64,000 bases of DNA. Origin: Gemmatimonadota bacterium. Its GTDB lineage: Bacteria > Gemmatimonadota > Gemmatimonadetes > Gemmatimonadales > GWC2-71-9. A program made the translations under genes and the position numbers. Shown piece after piece: positions 29,520-39,543 of the stretch. The notes beneath the pieces were generated by a model. That model saw only the letters and a list, made by a program, of their open reading frames with translations. It did no database searches and had not been told where the DNA came from. The stretch lies in the NCBI GenBank assembly GCA_039586365.1, contig JBDHKN010000002.1, positions 75,124 through 139,123 on the forward strand, written 5' to 3'. The stretch's first letter is position 1; each line of letters begins with the position of its first letter.

Positions 29520-29941
29520 TCAGTCTTGCCCCAGCGGCGGCGGCACTCGCATCGTCACCGTACCTGACGAGTCGAAGAACGCTAGACTACCGGCACCTTC
29601 AGATACAACACGGCCGCCCCCTTTGCTTCCGGCCCGTGCAGCGCGAACCCTCCACCACCTTGTGCGAACTGTGCCGCACCCAACCGTGTGTGTCCGGCCG
29701 CATCCTGTATGAACAGGTCCGTCTCGGTCGAATCATGCCTCAATTCAATCCGCACCAGACCCGTGTCGTCGACCACTTCGAAACGTCGCGCCTGTACAAG
29801 TTCAGCAACTGGTGTACTCCACGGCACCAAGCCCATGAGAGTCAAGGCAGCCAGTCCAGAGCACGCAATGACCAGGAGTCGATTGCTCTTCTCGAGCTTA
29901 CGGACACGAACCTCGAGTGCGCAATCTACTGATTCATCCAT
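29520..29941 (-). pseudogene. Hypothetical exported protein with apparent 1-nt deletion near the C-terminus
   Basis: The ORF ends LYLKVPVV* at 29582. Adding one G at 29596-29597 gives LYLKGAGSLAFFDSSGTVTMRVP...* ending at 29520. Confidence 0.55.
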
Positions 29942-29980
29942 TGAATTCTCCTTCAGGCGGATCTACCGAGTCTCGAGGCT

Positions 29981-30553
29981 CTAACCGACAATGATGTCAT
30001 CCAGTGTGCGCTTGGGTACGTGGTGCCTACCCTCACCATCCCGCCAGTATCTGATATCTCCCTCAGGACCGACCGTCTCGAGCACAACGGTCTCTTTGGG
30101 CTTTCCGAGCGCAACAACGAGCAGGACTTCGTAGTGAGCAGCGATATCCAAGACTTCGCGCAGTCTGCCAGCATGGATTGAACCTACGATACAGCCTCCA
30201 AAGCCTCGCTCGGTCGCTCCCAACAGAATGGTCTGAGCCGCTATTCCGTGATCACATCCAAAGGTCTGCTTGATCTTCTTGTCACCGAGGATGACGATGT
30301 AGGCCGCGGGTCTCTCGCCCTCTGATGGCCCGGGCCACTCCTTCAGATAGCCAGCCCAGCCAAGCTGTGGAAAGATCAAAGCGTTCTTGTCTGGATCTGC
30401 GGATAGGATGTACTTCAGAGGTTGTAAGTTCGCTCCTGAGGCGGACAACCTCGCCAGATCCACCAAATCTCTGAGTGTCTCAGATTCTAGCGCCACTTCT
30501 TGGTAGAAGCGTCGGTAGCTTCTATTCCTCAGCACCAAATTCCTCAGTTCCAT
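29981..30553 (-). CDS. Nitroreductase family protein
   Basis: RNRSYRRF, SASGANLQP and DHGIAAQTILLGATERGFGGC. Confidence 0.92.
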   Translation of the reverse strand: MELRNLVLRNRSYRRFYQEVALESETLRDLVDLARLSASGANLQPLKYILSADPDKNALIFPQLGWAGYLKEWPGPSEGERPAAYIVILGDKKIKQTFGCDHGIAAQTILLGATERGFGGCIVGSIHAGRLREVLDIAAHYEVLLVVALGKPKETVVLETVGPEGDIRYWRDGEGRHHVPKRTLDDIIVG

Positions 30554-30642
30554 GATTCCCTTCTCACCTCGCTTAATACCACCTGGCGCGAAACCCTCTT
30601 GGGTATCACACGATCGACGGCGCACCTGATATTGCCAACGTG

Positions 30643-31023
30643 TCAGTAGGTGAGACTTCCTGCTGGGTGCTTGAAATAGGCTGCCCGCTCGATGTCTCGG
30701 ATCTCGACCGTGAACTGAGCGCTGCCTGCGTCGAGCCCTTCTCCACGGAACCAATCCTGCAAGATCGCCAGCATTCTGGCGCCAATCTCCCGCTTCACGT
30801 CGCTGCTGCGTCCCTCAAGGAATCTCACATCGAGATGCACAAAGCCCGCGTCAGCGGCACCGTCACCAACAAAGAACTCGTTCAGCTGGGCCGCTCTGCT
30901 CTTGCAGTTCTCCTGTTTGATGCCGCCTACCTCGGTGAGCACCGCGTGCAAGCGGCCGAACAAGTCGGCAAACTCGAGCGTGGGCTGAAGATTCCTGGTG
31001 TATTCGACAGTCAAGTGCGGCAT
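30643..31023 (-). CDS. 5-carboxymethyl-2-hydroxymuconate isomerase (tautomerase) family
   Basis: MPHLTVEYT (catalytic Pro1), KSRA and FVH...GRS. Confidence 0.88.
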   Translation of the reverse strand: MPHLTVEYTRNLQPTLEFADLFGRLHAVLTEVGGIKQENCKSRAAQLNEFFVGDGAADAGFVHLDVRFLEGRSSDVKREIGARMLAILQDWFRGEGLDAGSAQFTVEIRDIERAAYFKHPAGSLTY

Positions 31024-31165
31024 GTTAAAATCCGGCGAATCGAAGTGCGCCCGTGAGGAAGCCTCCAGGTTTGCGCACGCTTGATACACTGTCACCTAGC
31101 TCGGTGGATGAGCGCCCAGCCGCTTTCGCCAACATCTATACTCTCCTCGTTGGGCGTTGTGGTAT

Positions 31166-31513
31166 CTAACTTGACCCAGTCAGCAACGGCGCCAACTGCG
31201 TCAACGTCTCTTCCGCGGTCGACCGGAACTTGGCAAACCCCGGCGTATCAGTGGTGATCGCACCAGCGACGATGCCGGATAGGACTGTCTGACAGGCCTG
31301 TGAAGCCCGCCGAAGACGGAACCTGCGAACAAGCCGGTAATATGCGGCCGGATCCGCCGCGTCAACAAACGACAGGACGTTGGCACGAACGCTATCTAGT
31401 ACCGCCTTGAAGTCCTCCAGCGCAGCAACCGGCGGGTCTTCAAGCTCCAGTTCCGCTTCCATGTCGTCCAGTGCCTGCCGCAGTCTATCTACTACCTGGG
31501 TCAGCTCACTCAT
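31166..31513 (-). CDS. Hypothetical helical protein (paralog of 31506-31853)
   Basis: 115 aa; ATGAGTGA overlap with the upstream stop. Confidence 0.75.
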   Translation of the reverse strand: MSELTQVVDRLRQALDDMEAELELEDPPVAALEDFKAVLDSVRANVLSFVDAADPAAYYRLVRRFRLRRASQACQTVLSGIVAGAITTDTPGFAKFRSTAEETLTQLAPLLTGSS

Positions 31514-31853
31514 CGGTATCCTCCCTACAGACCTCGACGAGATCTTTGAGCACTGCATGGAAAGCTCTTAGCCCAGGCATGTTGGGCGCGACTGCCTCGG
31601 CATAGAGATCAGACAGCAAGTCCTCACAGGCATCGGTGGCCCGCTGGATTCTTAGCCTTGCCAGGAAGGCATCGTAGTCACCGGAGTGCCGTGTTGTGAG
31701 GACAGCCCATGTGCTCCGGCGAAGATTGTCGACTGCGAGCCCGACATCGCGCACCCCCTCCGACGGATGCTCGCCGAGGGACAATCCCGCATCCAGCTTG
31801 GTCAGAGCGCGGCGGATCTCATCAATACCTCTTTCCAGCTCTTGCTTGCTCAT
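31506..31853 (-). CDS. Hypothetical helical protein (paralog of 31166-31513)
   Basis: 115 aa; GAGGAG RBS. Confidence 0.75.
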   Translation of the reverse strand: MSKQELERGIDEIRRALTKLDAGLSLGEHPSEGVRDVGLAVDNLRRSTWAVLTTRHSGDYDAFLARLRIQRATDACEDLLSDLYAEAVAPNMPGLRAFHAVLKDLVEVCREDTDE

Positions 31854-31907
31854 CCGACTCCTCACGTTCAGCGTTCCTCAAATCGTTGCGACCGCCGCGA
31901 TGGCCCA

Positions 31908-32654
31908 TCATCGCTCAGAAATCCACCCAATGACCTCCGCTATCACCTCTTGTGGAACAGTGTGTCCTCCTTCGAACGGTCGAAACGTGACGTCATAGCC
32001 CATGGACGTGAGCGTGTCCCGGGCTCTCTCCGACGCGGCGAAGGAGATCGCCTCATCTGATCTACCGTGCGCGATGAATACGGCTAGGTCTCTTCCTTCC
32101 GAGAGAGTTCCTTCAGGGAACCAGGATTGGTCGAAGCGTGCGCCAAAAACGACAAGGCCGGCGAACTCCGCGTGGTTGGGGATTGCGGTCATGTAGGCGA
32201 ACGCCCCCCCTTGCGAGAATCCCATGAGATACACCCGGTTCACTGCATATCTCGCGCGCAATCCGGCAGTCAACGTCAGGATGTAGTCGACAGTCAACTC
32301 GGCGGCTTGGTCTCCGACTCCTAATCGGCCCAGGTGTTGCAGACTCCAGTCGTAGCCGAGTTGCCCGTCCTCAAGCAGGAACGGGTAGGGCGCCCGGACG
32401 GACGCGAATATGATTCCAGCAGAGTAGAACGGTGCGCCCACCCCCAAGAACCCCTCTGCACTGTGGCCGAATCCGTGGAGGGCGATGAAGAGAGGATACG
32501 CCTGGTCCGGGTCAAAGTCTTGCGGGGTCCGAACCAGTGTGGCCAAGAGCGTCGGTGTTTCAACGAACACCATATCGACTCGCTGAGCTTCGAGACTGAA
32601 CAATGGTACCCATAGGAAGCTGACGAGTGTCAGGAGTTGCCTGAATCTCACCAT
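31908..32654 (-). CDS. Phospholipase/carboxylesterase family alpha/beta hydrolase
   Basis: LHGFG, GFSQGG, HGRSD and GGH. Confidence 0.9.
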   Translation of the reverse strand: MVRFRQLLTLVSFLWVPLFSLEAQRVDMVFVETPTLLATLVRTPQDFDPDQAYPLFIALHGFGHSAEGFLGVGAPFYSAGIIFASVRAPYPFLLEDGQLGYDWSLQHLGRLGVGDQAAELTVDYILTLTAGLRARYAVNRVYLMGFSQGGAFAYMTAIPNHAEFAGLVVFGARFDQSWFPEGTLSEGRDLAVFIAHGRSDEAISFAASERARDTLTSMGYDVTFRPFEGGHTVPQEVIAEVIGWISER

Positions 32655-32670
32655 GATGCAATCCCCGTGG

Positions 32671-33135
32671 CTACCGTGGGATCGCATCATGCAGAAGTGG
32701 ACGATCAGCCGACGTCATTTTCGGCCCGACCCAACAGGCCGTTGTCTGCTGCCCTGCCTTGCTCGCCGATGCCCGAGATCTGTTCACTGCCGGCTCAGGC
32801 AAGCTGCACAACCTTATCGACCCCTGTGGCTCCTCGATCTCTTTGGCCTCCCCCGCCGGCACGATCCACGCTCGCAACCTGCCTGTACCAGCAAGCAGAG
32901 ATATTATCACACAGACTGAGCCACGGTCTGGCAAATCTATCGTACGATTACCGCGTCCATATATCGGACGGCCCTCTCCAACAACGACACTCCACTCAAC
33001 ATCCGATTGGACAATGAGCCTGCGGTCAGCAACAGCACCGTGTTGACGATCATCCATGACGGGACTAACCTGTAGGCCGCAACCGCATAGCAGCACACAA
33101 CCAAGAAACGCGGTTAGTGTTGCTGCGCCCACCAC
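32671..33135 (-). CDS. Hypothetical lipoprotein
   Basis: Hydrophobic N-terminus with LCGC lipobox-like motif; C-terminal end uncertain. Confidence 0.5.
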   Translation of the reverse strand: MVGAATLTAFLGCVLLCGCGLQVSPVMDDRQHGAVADRRLIVQSDVEWSVVVGEGRPIYGRGNRTIDLPDRGSVCVIISLLAGTGRLRAWIVPAGEAKEIEEPQGSIRLCSLPEPAVNRSRASASKAGQQTTACWVGPKMTSADRPLLHDAIPR

Positions 33136-33392
33136 ATGTCCTTACAGGTCTCTGGTGTCAGCCTGGTCCACTCATGTCCGAGAGCCGAGTGCCCATTCAT
33201 GACCTCACCATCTCGTTCCAGAGTCTTGAATTCCCATTGCTGTTCTCTCCCACTTGCTCCAGATGCTCCATTCCTCTGGTCGCCTGTCACGGGATCTCGG
33301 CGTACAGCAAGGGTCGTTGCCGCCGCAAGGAGGCATGGTCTGGGACTATCTCCCATAGGTACGACGACGGATTTCCACAGTTGAGCTGCCTG

Positions 33393-34214
33393 TCACTCAA
33401 GACCAACCTCAGTGTCCACGGCTCGCAGGTCCGGAAACGGAATGAGGGCCGCGAGATTGACTGCGAAGCCGTCCAAACCCGGGAACAGGGTCGCCGAGGT
33501 CATGTTCATGGCAAGTAGCTCCCTGGTTGCTTCCCGCAGGAAGCTCCTATCAGGCGACAGCGGAATCTCCACCAACAGATTCCCAGGATCTTCGACGGCG
33601 CGGAGATTCTCCATGAACGACTTCGTGATGTCACCCGGTACCAGGAACACGCTTTGCTGAAGAATCAACCGGCGATTCATCCGCCAAGGGTTCAGAGGGA
33701 ATACGAGAGCATGCCGTGGTGAACTACCTACGATCGCATCGACCGTGGCTTTCTGCTTCGCGTTGGGATCGCGTTTGAGCAAGGGTTTGAGATGATCCAG
33801 CGCCTCGACCTTGTCGCGCAGCAGGCCAAGGTTCATCGCCCATACACAGGATGGCTCACCCGGTTCCGCTCGCTCAATCGCGAAATAGACTGCCACGAAG
33901 AACGAATAGGTCCAATCCATCAGACGGGTTGGCGCCCCGTGGTGTCTCATCAGCGAGAGCCAACCGATCGTGTCTCCCTCGGCCGGCTCATGGGTAAGAT
34001 ACAGGTGAGCTTCGCGCCTAAACCGGCGCATGAGACCTTCCTCGATCTCCGGTAGCTCAGACCAATCACACCCCCAGCGATCGACCGCCGCTCGCTCGAG
34101 ACTGGTCTTGAAACCACCCGACCTACCTTGGTCCCCGCGGAAGCACCACTGCCCAGATTTCAGTGCATCGTACCGGTCCAGCAACTCACGCCAGGCAGTG
34201 ATCGGCTCGGACAT
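33393..34214 (-). CDS. FRG domain protein
   Basis: FRG, HHGAPTRLMDWT, RLILQQSVF and TLFPGLDG. Confidence 0.92.
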   Translation of the reverse strand: MSEPITAWRELLDRYDALKSGQWCFRGDQGRSGGFKTSLERAAVDRWGCDWSELPEIEEGLMRRFRREAHLYLTHEPAEGDTIGWLSLMRHHGAPTRLMDWTYSFFVAVYFAIERAEPGEPSCVWAMNLGLLRDKVEALDHLKPLLKRDPNAKQKATVDAIVGSSPRHALVFPLNPWRMNRRLILQQSVFLVPGDITKSFMENLRAVEDPGNLLVEIPLSPDRSFLREATRELLAMNMTSATLFPGLDGFAVNLAALIPFPDLRAVDTEVGLE

Positions 34215-34366
34215 TGGAATCAGACCACCTAATGTGAAGAGAGTTTGTTGAGTCCTCTATGCGTCCCACACGCAGTCGGCAAAATACTCCTTTCCCTCAA
34301 CCCGAACGAGGTGCTGAGTCTCGCTGCCGGCGAAAGGAGGTGCCATCAGGATGGTCTCGGTCCGCC

Positions 34367-34696
34367 CTATTTCGCCGGAAGTGACAGTGCAAACTGTTTA
34401 GCCTCCTCGACCCAAGCCTGCAAATCCTCCTGTGAGGCCAGGGCGTCAGAGGCCACGTAGACAAACCCTTTCAGCGGCTTGCCTGTGAAGTCCATCGGCG
34501 ACACACCGGGTCTAGCTAGCGCCTGCTCATAGCGGTCAGGGCCGACCCTGACGACCAGACGTTCACCGGCGACTCCACAACACATGTTGCCATGCAACAT
34601 GAAGGTGAGGCCGCCGAACATCTTCTTCTCCACCACCGCTGCTTGATCGGCGAGCGCCTCACGCACGCGTCGTACCAGAGTATCACTGTGGGGCAT
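34367..34696 (-). CDS. TfoX/Sxy N-terminal domain protein
   Basis: EKKMFGGLTFM..GNMCCG...MDFTGKPLKGFVYV. Confidence 0.9.
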   Translation of the reverse strand: MPHSDTLVRRVREALADQAAVVEKKMFGGLTFMLHGNMCCGVAGERLVVRVGPDRYEQALARPGVSPMDFTGKPLKGFVYVASDALASQEDLQAWVEEAKQFALSLPAK

Positions 34697-34824
34697 GGCG
34701 CCTCTCCTCCACTCTACGACGAAGACCCAATCACATTGACGCCGAGCTGAGTGCCCGAGCGCTAGCTCTCACCACTCTCAGACAGCAATCGACCGGTCAG
34801 CCGTAGCTCTTGTTATCAACATCC

Positions 34825-35220
34825 CTAGCCACCTGACAGCGTTCCGCTGGATGTAGCACGTGCGACAGCAATTCCGATCGTGATCACAGGAATCATCAGA
34901 TAGGTGACACCGATATCAGCAGTGTACTGTGCTACGGTCATCTGCATGGGTCCACCCAGCAACATCAGAGGTGCGTCAATGATGACGCTGATGGCGAGCC
35001 ACAGCAAACCGAGAATAGCCCCTTCCTGCACGAAACGTGCGTGCACAGCGCGCAAGTACCGTACGCCGAAAACCGCCACAGCAATAGCGATAGACACAGG
35101 CATTATTGATTCGAATAGGGGCCGCGACGATTCGTGCAGCGGGTATATCGCAAACGCCACCACGAACGGGATCAGCCAAACAAAGAATCCGAATATGACC
35201 GCCTTACGGGTTGATTTCAT
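34825..35220 (-). CDS. Hypothetical membrane protein
   Basis: Four TM segments; WLIPF and FESIM. Confidence 0.7.
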   Translation of the reverse strand: MKSTRKAVIFGFFVWLIPFVVAFAIYPLHESSRPLFESIMPVSIAIAVAVFGVRYLRAVHARFVQEGAILGLLWLAISVIIDAPLMLLGGPMQMTVAQYTADIGVTYLMIPVITIGIAVARATSSGTLSGG

Positions 35221-35329
35221 CAGATTCTCCCAGAATGAAGCCAACGTGGTCTACGGGCTAGCGAATTGTGGGCCGGATCCGTCCCCTGTGGCCACTGGAC
35301 GAAGAGTGCCGGACGTCGCGCCACAGGAA

Positions 35330-35761
35330 TCACACATCCAAGCGGTCCTCATATCGAACGGTTTCGCCGTGCTCCAGATACCGTCTGAGTATCCTGAGGT
35401 ACAAGGCCCAACAGTAGCTAGATACGCGATAGTGTTCGGTTGGCCCGGCCCAACCCGAATGGTAGAACCGTACCTGCGTTCCGCTGCGCGTGCTCTCAAA
35501 GCGAAACCCCACACGTGTGCCGATCCAGTCCGGCTCGGCACGGATCAGCTCGAGTTCGAACTCGCTGCCGGGGACGCAGCGGGTTACGGTTGCCCGCCAG
35601 TCATAATCGGGCCCAAACCAGAGTTCGTACTCTGCTCCCTCAACTGCCTCTCCCCGCGATCGTTTCGTCCACCAATGATCCAGATGCTCCGGAGTGCTCA
35701 CAGCCTGAAACACTTGGTCCGGGGACACCTCGGTGGAGAAGTCGTGCAGGATATCGGCCAT
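35330..35761 (-). CDS. SRPBCC (AHSA1-like) domain protein
   Basis: DILH...VFQAVST...WWT...DWIGT...F.HSGW...CWALYL. Confidence 0.88.
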   Translation of the reverse strand: MADILHDFSTEVSPDQVFQAVSTPEHLDHWWTKRSRGEAVEGAEYELWFGPDYDWRATVTRCVPGSEFELELIRAEPDWIGTRVGFRFESTRSGTQVRFYHSGWAGPTEHYRVSSYCWALYLRILRRYLEHGETVRYEDRLDV

Positions 35762-35872
35762 CTGTCCCCCATTGTTCGAGTTCGTGTGGCGCAGCCCAGG
35801 GAGAGTCACGGATGCTCGGACAGCACCCAGGCCGCCAATACGCTCACGATTTGGCAGCCGATATCGAGCCTT

Positions 35873-36271
35873 TCACTCGAAATCGTATTCGAGGGTGATT
35901 GGGTAATGCTCCGCGTGCGCGGAAGCGAAGCCACCCTCGCCTCTTAGACCTTGGAGGTCACCGGTCCCTGACCCCGGCACCACGAACCAAGTGGCCTTTG
36001 CAGTGCCACCTTCGAAGCTACCACTGTGCTGGAGGACGAAGCTACCAGACCGATCTCCGATGCGTCCGACCACCCGCTCCAAACCGATGAAGCTGGCGGA
36101 GCCGTCAATGCTGTGCATCATCAGATACTCCAGGGTCCCGTCGCCAGCGATATCTCCGCTGAACGACTTTGTCACACTCGCGCGGGTCAGCCTGGGTCCG
36201 TCGTCCAGCTCATGGTAGGGTTGCTCGTCCCAGCTCTTCACCTGGAACGTGGCGTTCGCGCGTTGGCCCAT
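35873..36271 (-). CDS. DUF3224 domain protein
   Basis: FQVKSWDE, GSFVLQH and VVPGSGTGDLQGLRG. Confidence 0.9.
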   Translation of the reverse strand: MGQRANATFQVKSWDEQPYHELDDGPRLTRASVTKSFSGDIAGDGTLEYLMMHSIDGSASFIGLERVVGRIGDRSGSFVLQHSGSFEGGTAKATWFVVPGSGTGDLQGLRGEGGFASAHAEHYPITLEYDFE

Positions 36272-36301
36272 GCTTTCTCCTTCCGTGTCGTGAGACAGCC
36301 G

Positions 36302-37030
36302 TCATGTCTTGGTCAGACAGGCAAGGTAGTCACCACCGCCTCGTTCCAGGATCATCTCACAGTTCCAGCCCGTTGACTCGGCGCGCTGCTGCAGCGTCTG
36401 CATATCCACCTGCAACCAGCTACAATACGGACCACTCTGTCCTTCATATTCGAACCGAATGCGAATCTCACCTACGTAACGCCCTGCTCGCAGATTGGTC
36501 TCATGATAGGCCAGATGCTTGGGATCCTCGGTCTGACGCACGTCCAGTGAGTGGAGCAGCAGCAGCCCATCGCTGCCGGTGAGCCCGCGGGCGTGGGTAA
36601 GAAACCGATCCAGACCCGGCAAATCCTCGACCATGCCGACGCCATGGCCGAGCAGCAAGATCGAGTCGAAGGGACCGCCCAGGAATCCGAGAATATCCGC
36701 ACATTGCACGTCCCGCACGCCCCGCTGAACCATTATCTCCACGGCCAGCGGACTGATGTCCACAGCCGTAACAGTCATACCCTTGGACTGCAGGACGAGA
36801 CTGTGGATTCCGCTGCCAGCACCGACGTCCAGCACACGGCCACGACAGCGTTCGAGCGCGGTTTGCTCGATTGCCGAGAACTCGGCTGGCGGGCGGAAGA
36901 AATGGCTCACGGGCACTGAATCCTCAAGCCCGTCATCTCGCCGGATTGTGAGTCGCGCCGCGGATTGGCCGTGGAAGTAGGCGTGCAGGGCGAGTCCATG
37001 TGGTTTCAACGCATTGGGATCCATTGCCAA
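36302..37030 (-). CDS. Class I SAM-dependent methyltransferase
   Basis: VLDVGAGSG, VDISP and FDSILLLG. Confidence 0.9.
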   Translation of the reverse strand: MAMDPNALKPHGLALHAYFHGQSAARLTIRRDDGLEDSVPVSHFFRPPAEFSAIEQTALERCRGRVLDVGAGSGIHSLVLQSKGMTVTAVDISPLAVEIMVQRGVRDVQCADILGFLGGPFDSILLLGHGVGMVEDLPGLDRFLTHARGLTGSDGLLLLHSLDVRQTEDPKHLAYHETNLRAGRYVGEIRIRFEYEGQSGPYCSWLQVDMQTLQQRAESTGWNCEMILERGGGDYLACLTKT

Positions 37031-37119
37031 GACACTCCTTCACCGATGACTACGCGACTGCGCGGAGGATCTCACAGTACGTGCGCGACGGTGTCCGCGC
37101 CAGCGAGCGGCCTTTCGTG

Positions 37120-37551
37120 TCACGCGGCCGAAGTGGGCTCAGCGACCGAGAAGCGGGAACGTACCTCGGAGCTGACGTCGGTGGGCCTTCCCGTCTCTAC
37201 ATCGATGGGACACCATAGCGTGCGTGCCCGCACGAGCAGTTGCTGATTGGACGCGCGCAGCAACTCGGTGTGGCGCTCGAAGGTGTGCCGCGAGGCGGTT
37301 CCGACCCAGGTGCGGGCGACGATCTCGTCCGCCAGGAACGCCGGCCGCTTATAGTCTATCTCATGGCGTACGACGACCCACAGCAACCTGGCTTGATCGG
37401 CACGTGGTGCGGCTGCCTGCCAGTGGGCTACAGCGGCGTCCTGAACCCAGCGCAGGTAGACGATGTTGTTAACGTGGCCGAGCTGATCAATATCAGCTGG
37501 CTGGATCTGAATACGGAGTTCGAAGCGCTCTGGGGCGGGACGGCAGTCCAT
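37120..37551 (-). CDS. Acyl-CoA thioesterase (4HBT/hotdog fold)
   Basis: DIDQLGHVNNIVYLRW and WVVVRHEIDY. Confidence 0.92.
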   Translation of the reverse strand: MDCRPAPERFELRIQIQPADIDQLGHVNNIVYLRWVQDAAVAHWQAAAPRADQARLLWVVVRHEIDYKRPAFLADEIVARTWVGTASRHTFERHTELLRASNQQLLVRARTLWCPIDVETGRPTDVSSEVRSRFSVAEPTSAA

Positions 37552-37661
37552 GCTCAGCAGGCGCGCCGACCCTTGGTCGACTGAGGAGCCGGTTGCAGGG
37601 GCATGCTACCTAACCTACCACGTGCCGCAACAAGACGATGCCGGGGTGCATCTGATGCACG

Positions 37662-38177
37662 TCAATGCTTCACCCTATACCACATGGTGACTAGTCCAGA
37701 GTCGTAGGGCGTCGTATGAGTGAGCTCCAAGTGAGTCACCTCTGCCGTGGCCGGCAACAGTGGGATGCCATCACCCAGCAAAATCGGATGCACTGCGACG
37801 ATCACGTCGTCGACACAGCCGGCTTTAAGTGCCGCTTCAAATATCTGACCGCCGCCAACCAGCCAAATATCCTTGCCTGCCTCGTTACGCAGTTGCTCAA
37901 TAGTGCCGCCTGCATCTGCGGTGACGACAGTGACCTCCGGATACTCGCTGGCCCGCAGCGTGCGAGAAAACACAATATTCGTCACCCCAGGATAAGAACG
38001 CGTGCCGTGGGACAGACCAAACTCGTAGGTCCTGCGTCCCATCAGCACCGTGTCGATCGAGGAATAGAACTCCTTCATTCCATAGTCTTGGTCCATGAAC
38101 AACCAGTCAACCTCACCCTCCGGACCCGCAATAAACGCGTCCAGGCTCATAGCGACAAAGTACTTGACTCGGCGCAC
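37662..38177 (-). CDS. Dihydrofolate reductase/RibD C-terminal family protein
   Basis: AMSLDAFIA, MGRRTY, DIWLVGGG and PILLGDGIPL. Confidence 0.9.
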   Translation of the reverse strand: MRRVKYFVAMSLDAFIAGPEGEVDWLFMDQDYGMKEFYSSIDTVLMGRRTYEFGLSHGTRSYPGVTNIVFSRTLRASEYPEVTVVTADAGGTIEQLRNEAGKDIWLVGGGQIFEAALKAGCVDDVIVAVHPILLGDGIPLLPATAEVTHLELTHTTPYDSGLVTMWYRVKH

Positions 38178-38254
38178 TACTACTCCCCCCGCCGATCGAG
38201 GACACGGCTGATCAGCCGGCACACTTGCACGGCACCGGCCCAACGGTCATGCAC

Positions 38255-39475
38255 TCAGGACGTTTCTGATGTCTCCAGCAACAGTCTTAGAGCAGTCAGC
38301 CCGTAGATCTTGGCGCAATCAACCAAACGACTCACTGCCACATATTCCTCGGGACCATGCGACACCGACAATACACCTGGGCCATACGCCAACGCAGGGA
38401 CACCGCGTTCCGCGTAGAAACGAGTCTCAAGTAGGCCGGGACATAGTTCGAAGGCCGGCTCAGTCCCGGTCACGTCACCCACCGCCGCCGCTAGAATCCG
38501 CCCCAACGCGCTACCGGCATCCGTGGCGCTTTGCGCCCCCTCCTGAATCACTTGCACCTGAGCGTCAACACTCTCTGGCTTGGCTCGATCAATCGTCTCG
38601 AGCAGAACCGCCTTCTCTGCCGCAATATCCTCTTCCGGATTGATGCGGCGCTCCACCGTGAAGGAGAAATGCTCCGGAACCACGTTGAATTGGTGCCCCC
38701 CGACAACTTCGCCACCGAGCATCAGGATCGAATGCCTTGCCGCTTCGGGCTCAACTGCAAACGCGGTGCAGCGTTGTTCAACTTGGGCTTTCAGTCCTTG
38801 CAGCTCCAGCAATAGCGGCAGAGCTGCCTCAAACGCGTTGCGTCCTTCATGCTGCAATCCCACGTGGGCGGGCTTTCCCGCCAGCCGGACCCGCAGTGTT
38901 ATCGCGCCTCGGCTCCCATTCCACACCGCGCCGCTCGTCGGTTCGCCGATCAGTGCACCAATGCCATTCCTGCCAAGTCGGGCAGAACGAGCCAGATACT
39001 CACTGCCCCGCCGGCCGCCGGTTTCCTCGTCCGGCACCAACACGAGTTCGACGCGTCCTGGCAGGCGCTCCGGCTGCAGCGCTTTCACAGCGTAGACTAT
39101 TGCCGCGATGCCACCCTTCATATCGGATGCACCACGACCTACGATCCGCCCGCCCCGGACGACCGGCTGGAACTGATCGGGACGGCTGGCCGGAACCACA
39201 TCGTAGTGACCGTGCAGATACACAGTCGGGCCAGATCCGAAACCACTCACAACTGCGTACCGTTGGGAGTCCTCGTCATCTGGCAGTCGGATCAACTCGT
39301 ATGGCAGACCCAGCGCCGTCAGTTCGCTCTCGAGCAGTGCGACGCATTCGCCGTAGCAGCGACCAGGGGGATTCTCCGTCTGGACGGCGATCAGGCGACA
39401 TGTCAGGTCGGTGATCCGCTCATCACTCTCGCTGATCCGAGCCGTCACCCGGTTTTCAATATCAGTCACAACCAC
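38255..39475 (-). CDS. M20 family metallopeptidase (ArgE/DapE-like)
   Basis: HGHYDVVP, GRGASDMKGG, DEETGG, GEPT and HGPEE. Confidence 0.92.
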   Translation of the reverse strand: MVVTDIENRVTARISESDERITDLTCRLIAVQTENPPGRCYGECVALLESELTALGLPYELIRLPDDEDSQRYAVVSGFGSGPTVYLHGHYDVVPASRPDQFQPVVRGGRIVGRGASDMKGGIAAIVYAVKALQPERLPGRVELVLVPDEETGGRRGSEYLARSARLGRNGIGALIGEPTSGAVWNGSRGAITLRVRLAGKPAHVGLQHEGRNAFEAALPLLLELQGLKAQVEQRCTAFAVEPEAARHSILMLGGEVVGGHQFNVVPEHFSFTVERRINPEEDIAAEKAVLLETIDRAKPESVDAQVQVIQEGAQSATDAGSALGRILAAAVGDVTGTEPAFELCPGLLETRFYAERGVPALAYGPGVLSVSHGPEEYVAVSRLVDCAKIYGLTALRLLLETSETS

Positions 39476-39543
39476 GGCAAGTAGGACCTCGGTGCCGGTC
39501 TTGCCCCGTGCCGCCAGGGTACGCTCTGAACATCAACCCTCCC

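Noticed and set aside
34904..35947. 347-aa plus-strand ORF
   Set aside because: It is an antisense shadow of three recognisable minus-strand genes and has no motifs.
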